Positions 1-12,421 of a stretch of 64,000 nt of DNA are shown here, one piece after another. Where the stretch lies: contig JASTWF010000328.1 in NCBI GenBank assembly GCA_030390025.1, forward strand, positions 434,001 through 498,000, in the 5' to 3' direction. The notes under the pieces are model-generated. The model was not told where the DNA came from and made no database searches. It saw nothing but the letters and a program-made list of their open reading frames with translations. The translations under genes were made by a program, and so were the position numbers. The stretch is from Squalus acanthias (lineage: Eukaryota). Within the stretch, counting starts at the first letter, position 1, and each line of letters begins with the position of its first letter.

Positions 1-1228
1 CGTCATTCCGACCGCAAATTCTGGGTTCACAATTTCTGAAACACAATACAACAGGATATGATTTCAAAAGGCCTTCGATAAGGTACCCCATAATAGACTG
101 ATGAACAAGGTCAGAGAATGCGGAGTCAGGGGACAAGTAGCAGAATGGATTGCTGGCTGGCTTCAGGACAGAAAGCAGAGAATATGAGTAAAGGGTAGCT
201 ATTCACAGTGGCAGAAGGTGGGCAGTGGTGTTCCACAAGGATCAGTGCTAGGACCACTGCTGTTCACAATGTGCATTAACGATTTGGACTTAGGAATCAA
301 AAACACAATTTCTAAATTGACACCAAATTGTGTGGGGAGGATAGTCAATACTGAGAAGGACTGTAACAAGTTACAGGAGTCCATTAATAAACTTGCAGAA
401 TGGGCATATAATTGGCAGATGAAGTTCAACACAGAAAAATGTGAGGTATTACATTTTGGTAGGAAGAATAGGAGGATGCGGGTCCCAGGTGGGGTAGAGG
501 AACAAAGGGATCTTGGAGTACAAATACACAAAGCACTAAAAGTTGCGACACAGGTTAGCAAGGCCATAAACAAGCAAACCAAGCACTAGGGTTTATTTCT
601 GGAGGAATAGAATTGAAAAGTAGGGAAGTTATGCTAAACCTGTATCGAACCTTGGTTAGACCACACTTGGAGTACTGCGCACAGTTCTGGTCGCCATATT
701 ATAAAAAGGATATAGAGGCACTGGAGAGGGTGCAGAGAAGATTTACAAGGATGATACCAGAAATGCGAGGGTATACATATCAGGAAAGGATGAACAGGCT
801 GGGTCCATTTTCTCTTGAAAAAAGAAGGCTAAGGGGTGACCTAATATATGTCTTTAAAATAATAAAACATTTTGATAGAGTGGATACAGAGAGAATGTTT
901 TCTCTTGTGTGGAAGCACATAACTAGAGCCCATCAAGAAAGACAGTCACCAAGAAATTCAACAGGGAATTCAGAAGAAACTTATTTACCCAGAGAGTGGT
1001 GAGAATGTGGAACTCGCTACCACAGGGAGTGGTTGAAACGAATAGTATAGATGTATTTAAGGGGAGGCTAGACAAGCATATGTGGGAGAAGGGAATAGAG
1101 GGTTACACTGATAGATTTAGATGAGGAAAGGCGGGAGGAGGCTCGAGTGGAGCATAAACGCCGGCATGGACTGGTTGGGCCGAATGGCCTGTTTCTGTGC
1201 CGTATATCCGATGTAATCCTATGTAATG
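1..1228 (+). mobile_element. CR1 LINE, 3' part of ORF2 (RT C-terminus) and 3' tail, decayed
   Basis: ORFs 218-589 and 613-1002 contain CR1 RT motifs ([34 protein letters not shown]); ends in the CR1 tail gggccgaatggcctgtttctgtgc. Confidence 0.92.
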
Positions 1229-1814
1229 ATTAGGGACAGCAAATGGCCATTTGTCACAAATGAGCGTTTCTTTGTTATAGAGATGAACCCAACTACCCCC
1301 CCTCTCAGTATAACCACAGAATCGCATTTACTTATCTCCATACTCCACTAACACTGCCCCTTTAGTGCCTTTCCTGATAACTGTGCACCCGCTCTATTAC
1401 CCTTTGGGTAAAACAGTTACCTTGGTTTCCCTTCCTACTTCTGACTTTCAATTTTCTCGGTTACTAATTAATTTGTAAATGTGAGCCTGTTTCCTGCACT
1501 AATGTCGTGAATTCCATTAAAACGTTTCAATACAGAAGACTCTTGACCAAACAAAGCACATCAAACACCCTCAACCTAAACTCCTAATACCTTGAATAAT
1601 CTTTCTCATTCCCCTCTGTTCCTTCAGAATGACAGTAACCTTCACCAGTGATCAGGTGACTATGGAAGTGGAGTTAATACACCAGATAACCAGAGTCCTG
1701 AAGCAACAGCAGATTGCCTCCTGTTCTTTCACAGTCTGTCTCTCGCTCAGTGCACACAATACCACAGATAACATGTACGACTCCTGATATAAGGAGAGTG
1801 GATTTCTGTTGAGG

Positions 1815-2360
1815 ATCGGAGAGAATTAAAGAGGGAATTCCAGAGCTTAGGGCCGAGGAAGCTGAAAAGTGTCTGGCAATGATGGAATGGTGAAAATCTG
1901 GGACGCTGAAGGGGCCTGAATTGGAGGAGTACAGAGATCTCGGGTTGTAGGGCTGGAGGAAGCTACAGGGATTGGGAGGGTGAGGTTATGGAGGGATCGG
2001 AATGCAAAAATTTGAATTTTTAAAACGAGGCATTGCCGGACGCGGAGCCGATGTAGCTCAGCGAGGAATGGGGTGATGGGTAAACGGGACTTGGTGCAAG
2101 TTAGGTTAGGGGCAGCAGAGTTTTGAATGACCAAGTTTCCGGAGGGTACAAGGTGGCAGGCCGACCAAGAGCTCTTTGGAATAGGGAGGCTGACCAGGAG
2201 AGGGTTGGAGAAGTTCAATCTGGAGGTAACGAAGACATTGGTGTGGGTTTCAGCAGCAGATGAGCTGAGGCAAGGGCGGAGACGGCCAATATTATGGAGG
2301 TGGAAGTAGGCGGTCTTGGTGATGGAGAGGATATGCGTTTGGAATCTCAGTTAAGGATCA
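1815..2360 (-). mobile_element. L2-type LINE fragment
   Basis: Minus ORF contains QNSAAPNLTCTKSRLPITPFLAELH, a decayed version of the L2 ORF2 C-terminal motif QNSAAR..ITPVL..LHWLPV. Confidence 0.7.
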
Positions 2361-2619
2361 GATTGTCCGCCGAATGGAACTTACTTCCCTTCCCAGTCTG
2401 TCCATCACCCAATGCACACAATATCATAGATAACGTGCCCAAGGTCTGATAAAATAATAGTGGGCTTCTGACCATTCACAGTCTGCCCCTCTTCCACAGA
2501 TATCCAATGTCCTATTTCCCATTTCTGAAGATCGTAAGCAGCACTGACTGTGTGAATGATTGATCCACTAGAAGTCTACTGTCTTATAACCAGGATCATG
2601 TGTGGATTTGTAATGAATG

Positions 2620-5600
2620 TAAGAACATAAGAAATAGGAGCAGGAGGAGCCCATTTGGCCCTTCGAGCCTGCTCCACCATTCAATAAGATCATGGCTGAT
2701 CTTCTACCTCATCTCCACTTTCCTGCACTAGCCCCATATTCCTTGATTCCCTTAATATTCAAAAATCTATCAATCTCTGTCTTGAAAATACTCAATAGCC
2801 CAAAAATTCGTGAGGAAGCCTTCGTGCGAGGGTAAGGCTGCCCCGCGATCTCTCACTGCGCGTTGGCTTTTTCAGTTCCAGCTCGCACGAACTTGATGTT
2901 CTGGACAGCTGCTGTGCTGGGCTTGCGTATCCCACAGGCGCAGTTAATTCGTGCGAGCTGTGGGATCACGTGACTCAGTTAGAGCCAATGGCAGCACACC
3001 ATCTTCCATTCATAACTTTCACATAGTGCTGTGAAAGCTATGAATACTATAGCCCCCCAAAAAGAACAGCTAAACCTCAATTAAATTTAAAAAAAACCAT
3101 CACATTAATAAAATAAGTATAGTTAAATAAATTAACCATTTTAAATAAAAAATTAAATTTTTGAAAAAATTAAAAATCTTTTAAAAAGTTATAAAAATAA
3201 ACTTACCTGTCTTTAAAGTCTCTAAAAAAGATATACCTGTTAAAAAAAATTCAAACTAATACTTAATTCACTACTTACCTTGTAAAAAGTGGGTCTTACT
3301 CCTTTTTTTATGTGTAAAATCTTCCATACTTACCTGCGCGTTGAAACCACTAAGTGCACTGCATGCGCGCAGCCTGTAGCACGCACGCAGTTCACCTAGG
3401 AACCGCCCCCTTTTCCATTCACCAAGTGCTGGTTTTCAGCGCATGCGCAGTGCATGCAGAAAACCGGCAATTGGAGATAGAATACGCGAGAGTACACAGT
3501 GCGTACTCTCGCGTATCAACACAAATTTTTGGGCCAATGACTGAGCCTCCACAGCCCTCTGGGGTAGAGAATTCCAAAAAATCACCACCCTCTGAGTGAA
3601 GAAATTTCTCCTCCTCTCAGTCCTAAATGGCCGACTTCTTATTCTGAGACTGTGACCCCTGGTTCTAGACTCCCCAGCCAGGAGAAACATCCTCCCTGCA
3701 TCTACCCTGTCAAGCCCTGTCAGAATGTTGTATGTTTTAATCAGATCACCTCTCACTCTTCTGAACTCTAGAGAATATGGGCCTAGTCTACTCAATCTCT
3801 CCTCATAGAACAGTCCCCCCATCCCAGGAACCAGGCTGGAGAACCTTTGTTGCACTCTCTATGGCAAGTATATCCTTCCTTAGGTAAGGAGACCAAAACT
3901 GTACAAAATACTCCAGCTGTGGTCTCACCAGGGCCCTATATAACTGCAGTAAGATGTCTTTACTCTTATACTCAAATCCTCTTGTAATGAAGGCCAACAT
4001 ACCATTTGCTTTCCTAATTGCTTGCTGTATCTGCATGTTAACTTTGTGATTTGTGTACAAGGACACCCAGGTTCCACTGAAGACCAACATTTCCAAATCT
4101 CTCACCATTTAAAAAAATTCTGCTTTTCTATTTTTCCTACCAAAGTGGACAAATTCACATTTCTCCACATTATATTCCATGTGCCATGTTCTTACCCATG
4201 CACTTAGCCTGTCTATATCCCCTTGAAGCCTTCTTGCAAACTCCTCACAATTTACATTCCCACCCAGCATTGAATTATCAGCAAATTGAGATATATTACA
4301 TTTTGTTGCCTCATCTAAATCATTGAAATAGATTGTGAATAGCTGAGGCCCAAGCCCTAATCCTTGTGGTACCCCACTAGTTACAGCCTGCCATCCCGAA
4401 AATTACCCGTTTATTCCTACTCTCTTCTGTCCGTTAACCAATCCTCAATCCATGCTAGTTATATTACCCCGCAATCCCATGAGTCCTAATTTTGTTTAAT
4501 AACCTCTTGTGTGGCACCTTATCGAATGCCTTCTGAAAATCCAAATACACCACATCCACTGGTTCCCCTTTATCTAATCTGCTAGTTACAACCTCAAAAA
4601 CCTCTAACAGATTCGTCAAACACGATTTCCCTTTCATAAATCCGTGTTGACTCTGCCCAATCCTATTATTATTTTCTAAGTGCCCTGTTACCACTTCCTT
4701 AATAATAGATTCTATCATTTTCCCTACGACTGATGTCAGGCTAACCGGTCTGCAGTTCCCATTTTCTCTCTCCCTCCTTTCTTATATAATTGGGTTACAT
4801 TTGCGAACTTCCAATCCGCGGGAAACATTCTAGAATCGATGGAATTTTGCAAAATGGCATCCAGTGCATCCACTATCTCTATAGCCACCTCTTTCAAAAC
4901 CCTAGGATGTAGGCCATCAGGTCCAAGGGATTTATCGGCTTTCAGTCCCATTAATTTCTCCAGTACTTGTTTTTACTAATGCTAATTTATTTCAGTTCCT
5001 CATTCTCGCTGGACCCTTGGTTCTCCACTATTTCCGGGATGTTTTTTGCATTTTTCTTCTGTGAAGAGAGACACAAAGTATTTGTTTAATTTATCGTTAT
5101 AATTTCTCCTCTCTCAGCCTGTAAAGGACCCACGTTTACTTTCGCAAATCTTTTCCTTTTTACATAACTGTAGCAGATTTTAATCTGTTTTTATGTCTTT
5201 GGCTAGTTTACTCTCATTCTATTTTCCCTTTCGTTATCAGTTTCTGGTCCTCCTTTGCTGAATTCTAAAACACTCACAAACCTCAGGCTTACTACTCTTT
5301 TTGGCAACAATATAAGCATCTTCCTTTGATCTAATACTATCTTTAACGTCTCTTGTTAGCCACGGTAGGAACACTTTTCCTGTGGGGTTTTTGTGCCTTA
5401 AAGGAATGTATATTTGTTGTAAATTATGTATTAATTTTTTTAATGCTACCATTGCTTGTCTACCATCATAGCTTTTAATGTAGTTTCCCAATCTACCTTA
5501 GCCAACTCGCCCCTCATAACTACGTAGTTTGCTTTGTTTAGATTTAAGACCCTAGTTTCAGATTTAACTAAATCATTTTTAAACTCAACATAAAATTCAA

Positions 5601-6820
5601 TCATATTATGGTCACTCTTCCCTAAATGCCCCTTTACTGCAAGGTTATTAATTAATCCTTTCTTATTGCACAATACTAGATCTAAAATAGCCTGTTCCCT
5701 AGTTGGTTCCTCAACATGCTGATTTACAAACCTAACTTGCATATATTCCGTGAATTTGTCCTCCACAGTATTACTGCAAATTTGGTTTGCTCAGTCTATA
5801 TGTAGATTAAAGTCCCCCATGATTATTGTATTGCCCTTGTTACATGTGCCTCTAATTTCATGATTTGTACTCTGTCCTACTTTACAACTACTGTTTGGGG
5901 GCCTATACACAACTCCCACCGATGTTTTCAGCCCCTTGCTGTTTCTTAGCTCCACCCAAACTGACTCTACTTCTTGATTTTCAGAGTTAAGATCCTTTCT
6001 CTCTACTGTCTTTCTCCCATCCTTTATTATCCGGGCTAACCCTTCTCCTTTTCCATTTTGCTTAACTCTTCTAAAAGTTTAGTATCCTGAAATATTTAGT
6101 TCCCAACCTTGGCCACTTTACAACCACGTCTCCGTTATGGCTATTAGCTCTAACCTGTTAATTTCTGTCTGCAGTATTAATTCATCTATTTTGCTGCGAA
6201 TGCTTCACGCATTCAGATATAGTGCCTTTAGCTTTGACTTATTTCTATTTTTCCCTGATGTCACCTTAGTCACTGAAGCCTTATTACCTTTGTTAGTCTC
6301 TCTCTCCCATCCTGACGCACTCTGCTTATTTCCCCCCAAAACTCTACTCTGCTCTAGAGCCTTGACATTTCTCTCACTGCTTTTAAATTTACTCTTTCCT
6401 GAAGCCTCCCACCCCCACCCCTTCATTAGTTTAATGCCCTGTCTACTGCCCTAGTTATTCGGTTCGTCAGGGCACTGGCCCCAGCCCCGTTTAAGTGGAG
6501 CCCGTCCCAAAGGAACAGCTCCCTCTTTCCTCAGTACTGGTGCCCCATAAATTGAAAGCCTTTCTTCCCACACCACTCTTTGAGCCACGCAGTTAAACCT
6601 CTATTCTGTTTGTCCCTATGCCAATTTGCGCAGAGCTCTGGTATCAATCCAAAGATTATTACCTTTTGAGGTTCTGTTTTTTAATTTGGATCCTAGCTCC
6701 TCAAACATCCTCAGCAGAACCTCTTTCCTAGTTATACCTATGTCTTTGGTTCCTACGTGGACCACGACAACTGGATCCTCCCCCTCCCACTCCAAGTTCT
6801 TCTTCAGCCGCGAGGAGATG
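2620..6820 (-). mobile_element. CR1 LINE, long decayed copy (3' tail, RT, APE endonuclease, end of ORF1 esterase)
   Basis: Minus ORFs: [58 protein letters not shown]; tail aagaacataagaaataggagc at 2621. Confidence 0.92.
2797..3535. mobile_element. Non-autonomous DNA transposon (MITE, PIF/Harbinger-like) inserted in the CR1
   Basis: TIRs agcccaaaaattcgtg / cacaaatttttgggcc (14 of 16 match); 3-bp TSD AAT (2794-96, 3536-38); removing it restores the CR1 sequence ctcaatgactgagcc. Confidence 0.75.
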
Positions 6821-7114
6821 ACAATAGTAAAGGGCAGGCCGGAAAGTATTAACCATCAGAGGTAAAAGTCATATCATAGAAATCTCCATGTTAAGTGAAT
6901 ATTAGAATCAAGTGAGATTTTGAAACTTTTCTCGGCCATTGTTCGCTTTCAAACGAGGTTTCCATTAACTGAATTTTAATTTCAACACCCACCTCTATTG
7001 AAGCTGTGAATTAAATCTTGCAACATTTTACTGAATAATGAAATGTTATTGAGAGGTTGTCTTTATGTCAATACAACTAACATTGAGACCACTTTCTGTC
7101 TGTTCTAATTGAAG

Positions 7115-8851
7115 ATGTACAACAGAAACACAAGGAAACACTCCGGGTACAAACTGAAACACTGAGAGTGAACACTATCCTAATAAAGGAGAAGGTTAAG
7201 ATTTTCCAGCTGGTTGATCGATATGCTGAGCTAACGGTCATTTCTACTGTTCGAGATCGGACACTTGTAGAACATGAACTGCTGGCAAGAGGCCGAGACC
7301 ATGAAGAGTGGAGAAAGAAAGATCTCCGGAGAGAGCTGGAAAAAATCCGAACTGATCAATTGTTCCACAGCAGTTTTTCACGGAGAAAATCCAAATCTGG
7401 GAGTTCAGGAGCAGTGAGCGGAGTCCCGGGGATTGGAAAAACAACAATGGTACAAAAGATTGTTCATGACTGGGCCACTGGGAAAATATACCCAGACTTT
7501 CAATTTGTTTTCAGCTTTAAATTCCGGGATTTGAACGCTATTAACTGTAGAATAAATCTGAGGAATCTGATACTGGATCTGTATCCTTACTTTGGGAATA
7601 TTCTGGGAGAGCTCTGGAAGAACCCAGAGAGATTGCTGTTTATATTGGATGGTCTGGATGAATTCAAGGACAGGATCGATTTTGCTGACAATCGGAGAAA
7701 TACAGAACCTCAGCACAAGTGCACAGGTCCTGAAGACTGCTGTGAAGTATCTGACATTGTGTACAGTTTAATACAGCACAAGCTGCTCCCAGGATGTTCA
7801 GTGCTCGTGACCAGCCGCCCCACTGCATTACATTTATTGGAAAAGGCTGAGATCAGTGTCTGGGCTGAAATCCTGGGATTTGTTGGTGAGGAACGGAAAG
7901 AATATTTCAACAAGTTTTTTGAAGATCAGACGGTGGCAGCAGCTGTTTTCAAACACGTGGAGGAGAACGAGATTCTGTACACCATGTGCTACAACCCTTC
8001 CTACTGCTTGATCCTCGGTCTGTCACTGGGCCCCTTCTTTACACAAAGAGACAGGAATCAGCAGCGAGTTCCCAAGACCATCACCCAACTATATTCCTAC
8101 TATATTTACAACATTCTGAAAAACCATGGCCGAGAGATTGAAAGCCCCCGTGATGTGTTACTGAAGCTTGGTGAGATGGCCTTCACAGGAGTCTCCGAGA
8201 AGAAGATTGTGTTTGGAAATGGAGATTTGATCAAGTACAATCTACAACCTTCCCAGTTCCTGTCTGGGTTCATGATGGAACTTTTGGAGAGAGATGAATC
8301 TGTCCAGAGCGTGGTGTACACATTCCCGCACCTCACCATCCAAGAGTTTGTAGCCGCACTCGCACAATTCCTGACTCCAGATCCTGGGGACATCCTGAAA
8401 CTCCTCAGAGAAGCCCACAGCAAGGAAGATGGGCGATTTGAGATATTTCTCCGTTTTGTTGCTGGTCTCTCCTCCCCACAGGCAGCTCGACCCCTGGAGG
8501 AGTTTCTGGGTCGATTTCTTCATCAAACCACCTGCCGAGTGATTGACTGGATGAAGGAGAACGTTGAAGGACAGATTGGAACACAGGGAGTGAAACTGGG
8601 AAAAGGAACCTCCTGAACACATTCCACTACCTGTTTGAGTCTCAGAATAAAGCACTGGCTCGGAACACAGTGGGATCTGTGGAATCACTTACATTTAGTG
8701 GATTGACATTGACCCCGATTGACTGTGCGGTCCTGTCTCACGTCATTGGACTCTGTGATACAATAAAAGAACTCGATCTACAGATCTGCAACATTCAGTG
8801 TGAGGGACTCCAGCGGCTGGGACCCGTACTGCACAAATGCCGGGAGTTGAG
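7115..8851 (+). CDS. NLR (NLRC3/NLRP-like) NACHT exon: FISNA-like region, NACHT, HD1/WH/HD2, first LRR; frameshift at ~8580
   Basis: Acceptor AG 7113-14; Walker A GVPGIGKT, Walker B LFILDGLDE, VLVTSRP, YTFPHLTIQEFVAA, FLRFVAGL; the reading continues in another frame after 8580 (LLNTFHYLFESQN..LTPIDCAVLSHVI); donor GT 8852. Confidence 0.93.
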
Positions 8852-9739
8852 GTAACTGCTTATTTGTCTCTGATTGTTGGGCGAATTGTTGATCAGTCAC
8901 GGATTGTGTTGTTGCTCCGTAATGTCGGGAAACAAACAGTTCAGTTAAACCAGGGAGAAGCAGATTCAACACCAATATGTCCAATAATAAGAGGATCAGT
9001 TAGTAATTCCCTAAGGACTGGATAATCTAAAATGGATCCTTATGAACAAGTAGGGATTTTACAGTCTTTATCGGATCAGCAAATACAGGTCACTGAGAGT
9101 CTGATAATTTAATTACAATAAATCATATTTAATAAGGCTGGACAGCAGAATGTAAATATAAAATATAATCCGGCAATAAAGATAAAATTAATTTAAAATA
9201 TTTTCCACATCCACCATTTCAACTGGGAACAGGAGAGAAACCCGAGTTTAAATCACTAACAGTTCGATATTTACTCCAAAACCGTGCAGGGTGTGACCTG
9301 TCGAGGGGGTAGTTTCCTGGATTGGGAATATTGGGGAATCGGGATTTCTTTCAGCTGTTAATGTTTACAATTATTCACAGTCCTGAGCATTGAGTAAAGA
9401 TTGATATTCAGGATCTTAAACCTGCCGGTGAAAAGGTTCCAATCTAACCGGAGTACTGACACACACCGGCCAGCGGTGGGGCCTCGCACACAGCGGGCGG
9501 CTCCTGGGTAAACCGGGGGCAGTGAATCCGGGAATTCCCCATAATCCGCCCCCTGTGAGTGAGGCCCCGCTCGGGGAGGGAACTTCCGAAAATTCCCCAA
9601 TAACTGTCGGGCCAGTTACACCTGAAATAAATGTAGAGCCGGTTTAATGGGAATAAAGTGAGAGACTCCCCTCCCCTATAAACTAGGAGCACAGGGACAT
9701 TTAAAACTTGTAACGGGACAGAATAAACTCTATTGCTTC

Positions 9740-11048
9740 TATTGACAAACATTCACTATAAGCCCTCTGACTCCCACAGCTACCTGGAATACTCTTCCTC
9801 CCACCTCGCTTCCTATAAGGACCCGGGTCCATTCTCCCAGTTTTCCCGTCACTACCGCATCTGCTCTGACAATGCCACGTTCCATACTAGTGCTTCCGAC
9901 ATGTCTTCCTTTTTCCTCAATGGAGGATTCCCCTCTACCGTGGTGACACGGCTCTTGACCGTGTCCATTCTATTTCCCGCACTTCTGCTCTCACCCCTTC
10001 CCCTCCCTCCCAGAACCACGATAGGTTTCCCCTTGTCCTCACCTTTTACCCCACCAGCCTCCGCATTCAATGGATCATCCTCTGCCATTTCCCCCACCTC
10101 CAGCTTGATCCCACAACCAAACACATCTTCCCCTCACCTCCCATTTCAGCATTCCGAAGGGACCGCTCCCTGCACGACTCCCTGGTCCACTCCTCAATCA
10201 CCCCCAAAATCCCTTCCCCTTCCCACGACACCTTCCCGTGCAAGCACAGGAGATGCTACACCTGCCCTTTTACCACTTCCCTTCCCACTGTCCAGGGCCC
10301 CAAACACTTCTTCCAGGTACAACAGTGATTTACTTGTACTTCTTGCAATTTAGTATACTGTATTCGCTGCTCACGATGCGGACTCCTCTACATTGGGGAG
10401 ACCAAACGCAGATTGGGTGACCGCTTTGTGGAACACCTCCGCTCAGTCCGTAAGTGTGACCCCGAGCTTCTGGTCGCCTATCGCTTTAATTCTCTGCTCC
10501 ACTCCCACTCTGATCTCTGTATTCTCGGCCTCTTACACTCTTCCAACAAAGTACAACATTAGATCGAGGAACAGCACCTCATCTTTCAATTAGGAACTTT
10601 ACAGCCCTCTGGACTCAACATCGAGTTCAACAATTTCAGACTATAAACTCGGCCCCTATTTTATTTTTTTCATTATTGTTTTTCCTTTTCCCTTGTTTTT
10701 CCCTCGCATGACAGCTGTTGATGACTTTGCCATTGCCATTCGCACCTCATCTAGATTCATGTTTTGATTTTTAACTTGTCCCATTACCATCTCCTTTTGC
10801 TTGCACCATCATCCCTTTTGTCTTTTAATCTCTCCTGTCTTCCACCCTATCACAGACCTTCCCTTTTGTTCTTTCCTCCGCTCCCCCCACCTTTCCCTGC
10901 CCCTAAACTTGCTTAAAAATCTGTTACATCTGTAACTTTTTCCAGTTCTGACGAAGGGTCCTCGTCCTGAAACATAAACTCTGTTTCTCTCTCTCTAGAT
11001 GCTGCCTGACCTGCTGGGAATTGCCAGCATTTACTGTTTTTATTTCAG
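9740..11048 (+). mobile_element. Penelope-like element, 3' part (GIY-YIG endonuclease and pseudo-LTR), inside the NLR intron
   Basis: Frameshifted YCIRCSRCGLLYIGETKRRLGDRFVEHL (GIY-YIG with CCHH residues); tail gatgctgcctgacctgctg..tttatttcag. Confidence 0.85.
10944..10980 (+). ncRNA. Minimal type I hammerhead ribozyme motif of the Penelope pseudo-LTR
   Basis: agtt-CTGACGA-agggtcctcgtcct-GAAAC-ATA-aact: stem I agtt/aact, stem II aggg/tcct, core intact, stem III mismatched. Confidence 0.65.
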
Positions 11049-11342
11049 CATAAATTCTCCGTGTTATATAAAATCCTGGGGTACTGAATTTACAGCAGCA
11101 GTTAGCGCCGTTTCACACTATAACTCACCCCGAGATATTATACAGATTAATATAATGCACAGCGTATAAAGTACAGGAAATCACCGCTTTATCATTTAAT
11201 TCTGGGAAAATCGCCCCATTCCCATAAAATCCGGGAATTAAGGATCAGCAGCAATGAGAAGTTTCTCCAAACATGACGAGGCCGGTCACTGAGCTCCAGG
11301 AGGGTAATTCTGATCATCAGGGAATGAGACCGGACTGAGGGA

Positions 11343-11578
11343 GACCCGGCCCGCCACCGACCCCACCCGCCACCGACCCCGGCCCCACCCGACCCGCCTC
11401 CGACCGCGGCCCCACCCGGCCCGCCACCGGCCCCACCCGCAACCGACCCCGGCCCCTCCCGACCCGCAACCGACCCCGGCCCCTCCCGACTCGCCTCCGA
11501 CCCCGGCCCGACCCCACCCGCAAACGACCCCGGTCCCACTCGACACGCCACCGACCCGGACCCCCCGACTCGCCCAGG
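11343..11578. repeat. GC-rich degenerate tandem repeat (~27-bp ccgaccccggcccctcccgacccgcaa)
   Basis: Direct inspection; C-rich on +, G-rich on -. Confidence 0.75.
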
Positions 11579-11713
11579 GGGGAAATCGCGGGGGGAAACC
11601 GGGTGATTAATTTCCTGAAATACTTTCAGTGATTGCTGTAATATCCGAGAGAGAAAAATATATCAGATCCGGGCTTTGATTCAGTTTGTTTCTCTCTCTC
11701 TCTTTGTGTTTAG

Positions 11714-11800
11714 ACTGAGCGACAATAAACTGGGAGATTCAGGAGTGAAACTAGTGTCTGCGGCTCTGAGGAACCCGGACTGTAAAATACAGACACTGGG
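11714..11800 (+). CDS. NLR LRR exon (87 nt)
   Basis: tttag|ACTGAG...CTGGG|gtaagt; LSDNKLGDSGVKLVSAALRNPDCKIQTL, ribonuclease-inhibitor-type LRR. Confidence 0.9.
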
Positions 11801-11941
11801 GTAAGTACCAGACTGTGTGAGATTGTGTTTATAATAACTGGATGTCTGACACTGAACATTATTATTAGTATCAGTAATAGTGTTATTAATAAACTCTGGT
11901 GATTGACTCTGATTCCTGTTATTTCTCTCTCTGATCCCCAG

Positions 11942-12112
11942 GCTATTGGCTGTCGGTCTCACAGATTCTGGTGCCAAGGATCTCGCCTCCGCTCTCAGTA
12001 CAAACCGCTCACTGACGGATCTGGACCTGAGTTATAATAAACTGGGAGATTCAGGAGTGAAACTAGTGTCTGCGGCTCTGAGGAACCCGGAGTGTAAAAT
12101 ACAGACACTGGG
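11942..12112 (+). CDS. NLR LRR exon (171 nt)
   Basis: ccccag|...|gtaagt; LTDSGAKDLASALSTNRSLTDLDLSYNKLGDSGVKLVSAALRNPECKIQTL; 171 nt is the typical RI-like LRR exon size. Confidence 0.92.
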
Positions 12113-12253
12113 GTAAGTACCAGACTGTGTGAGATTGTGTTTATAATAACTGGATGTCTGACACTGAACATTATTATTAGTATCAGTAATAGTGTTATTA
12201 ATAAACTCTGGGGATTGACTCTGATTCCTGTTATTTCTCTCTCTGATCCCCAG

Positions 12254-12421
12254 TCTGGATGGTGTCGGTCTCACAGATTCTGGTGCCGAGGATCTCGCCT
12301 CCGCTCTCAGTACAATCCGCTCACTGACGGAGCTGAACCTGGAATCAAACTCCTTCACAGATCGATCTGTCCCCGCTCTCTGCCGCCTCACACTGACCTG
12401 CCGGAGTCTGGAGCGGATCGG
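12254..12421 (+). CDS. NLR LRR exon (168 nt)
   Basis: ccccag|...|gtgagt; LTDSGAEDLASALSTIRSLTELNLESNSFTDRSVPALCRLTLTCRSLERI. Confidence 0.9.

Noticed and set aside
11192..11551. Gly/Arg-rich ORFs
   Set aside because: Translation of the GC-rich intronic repeat
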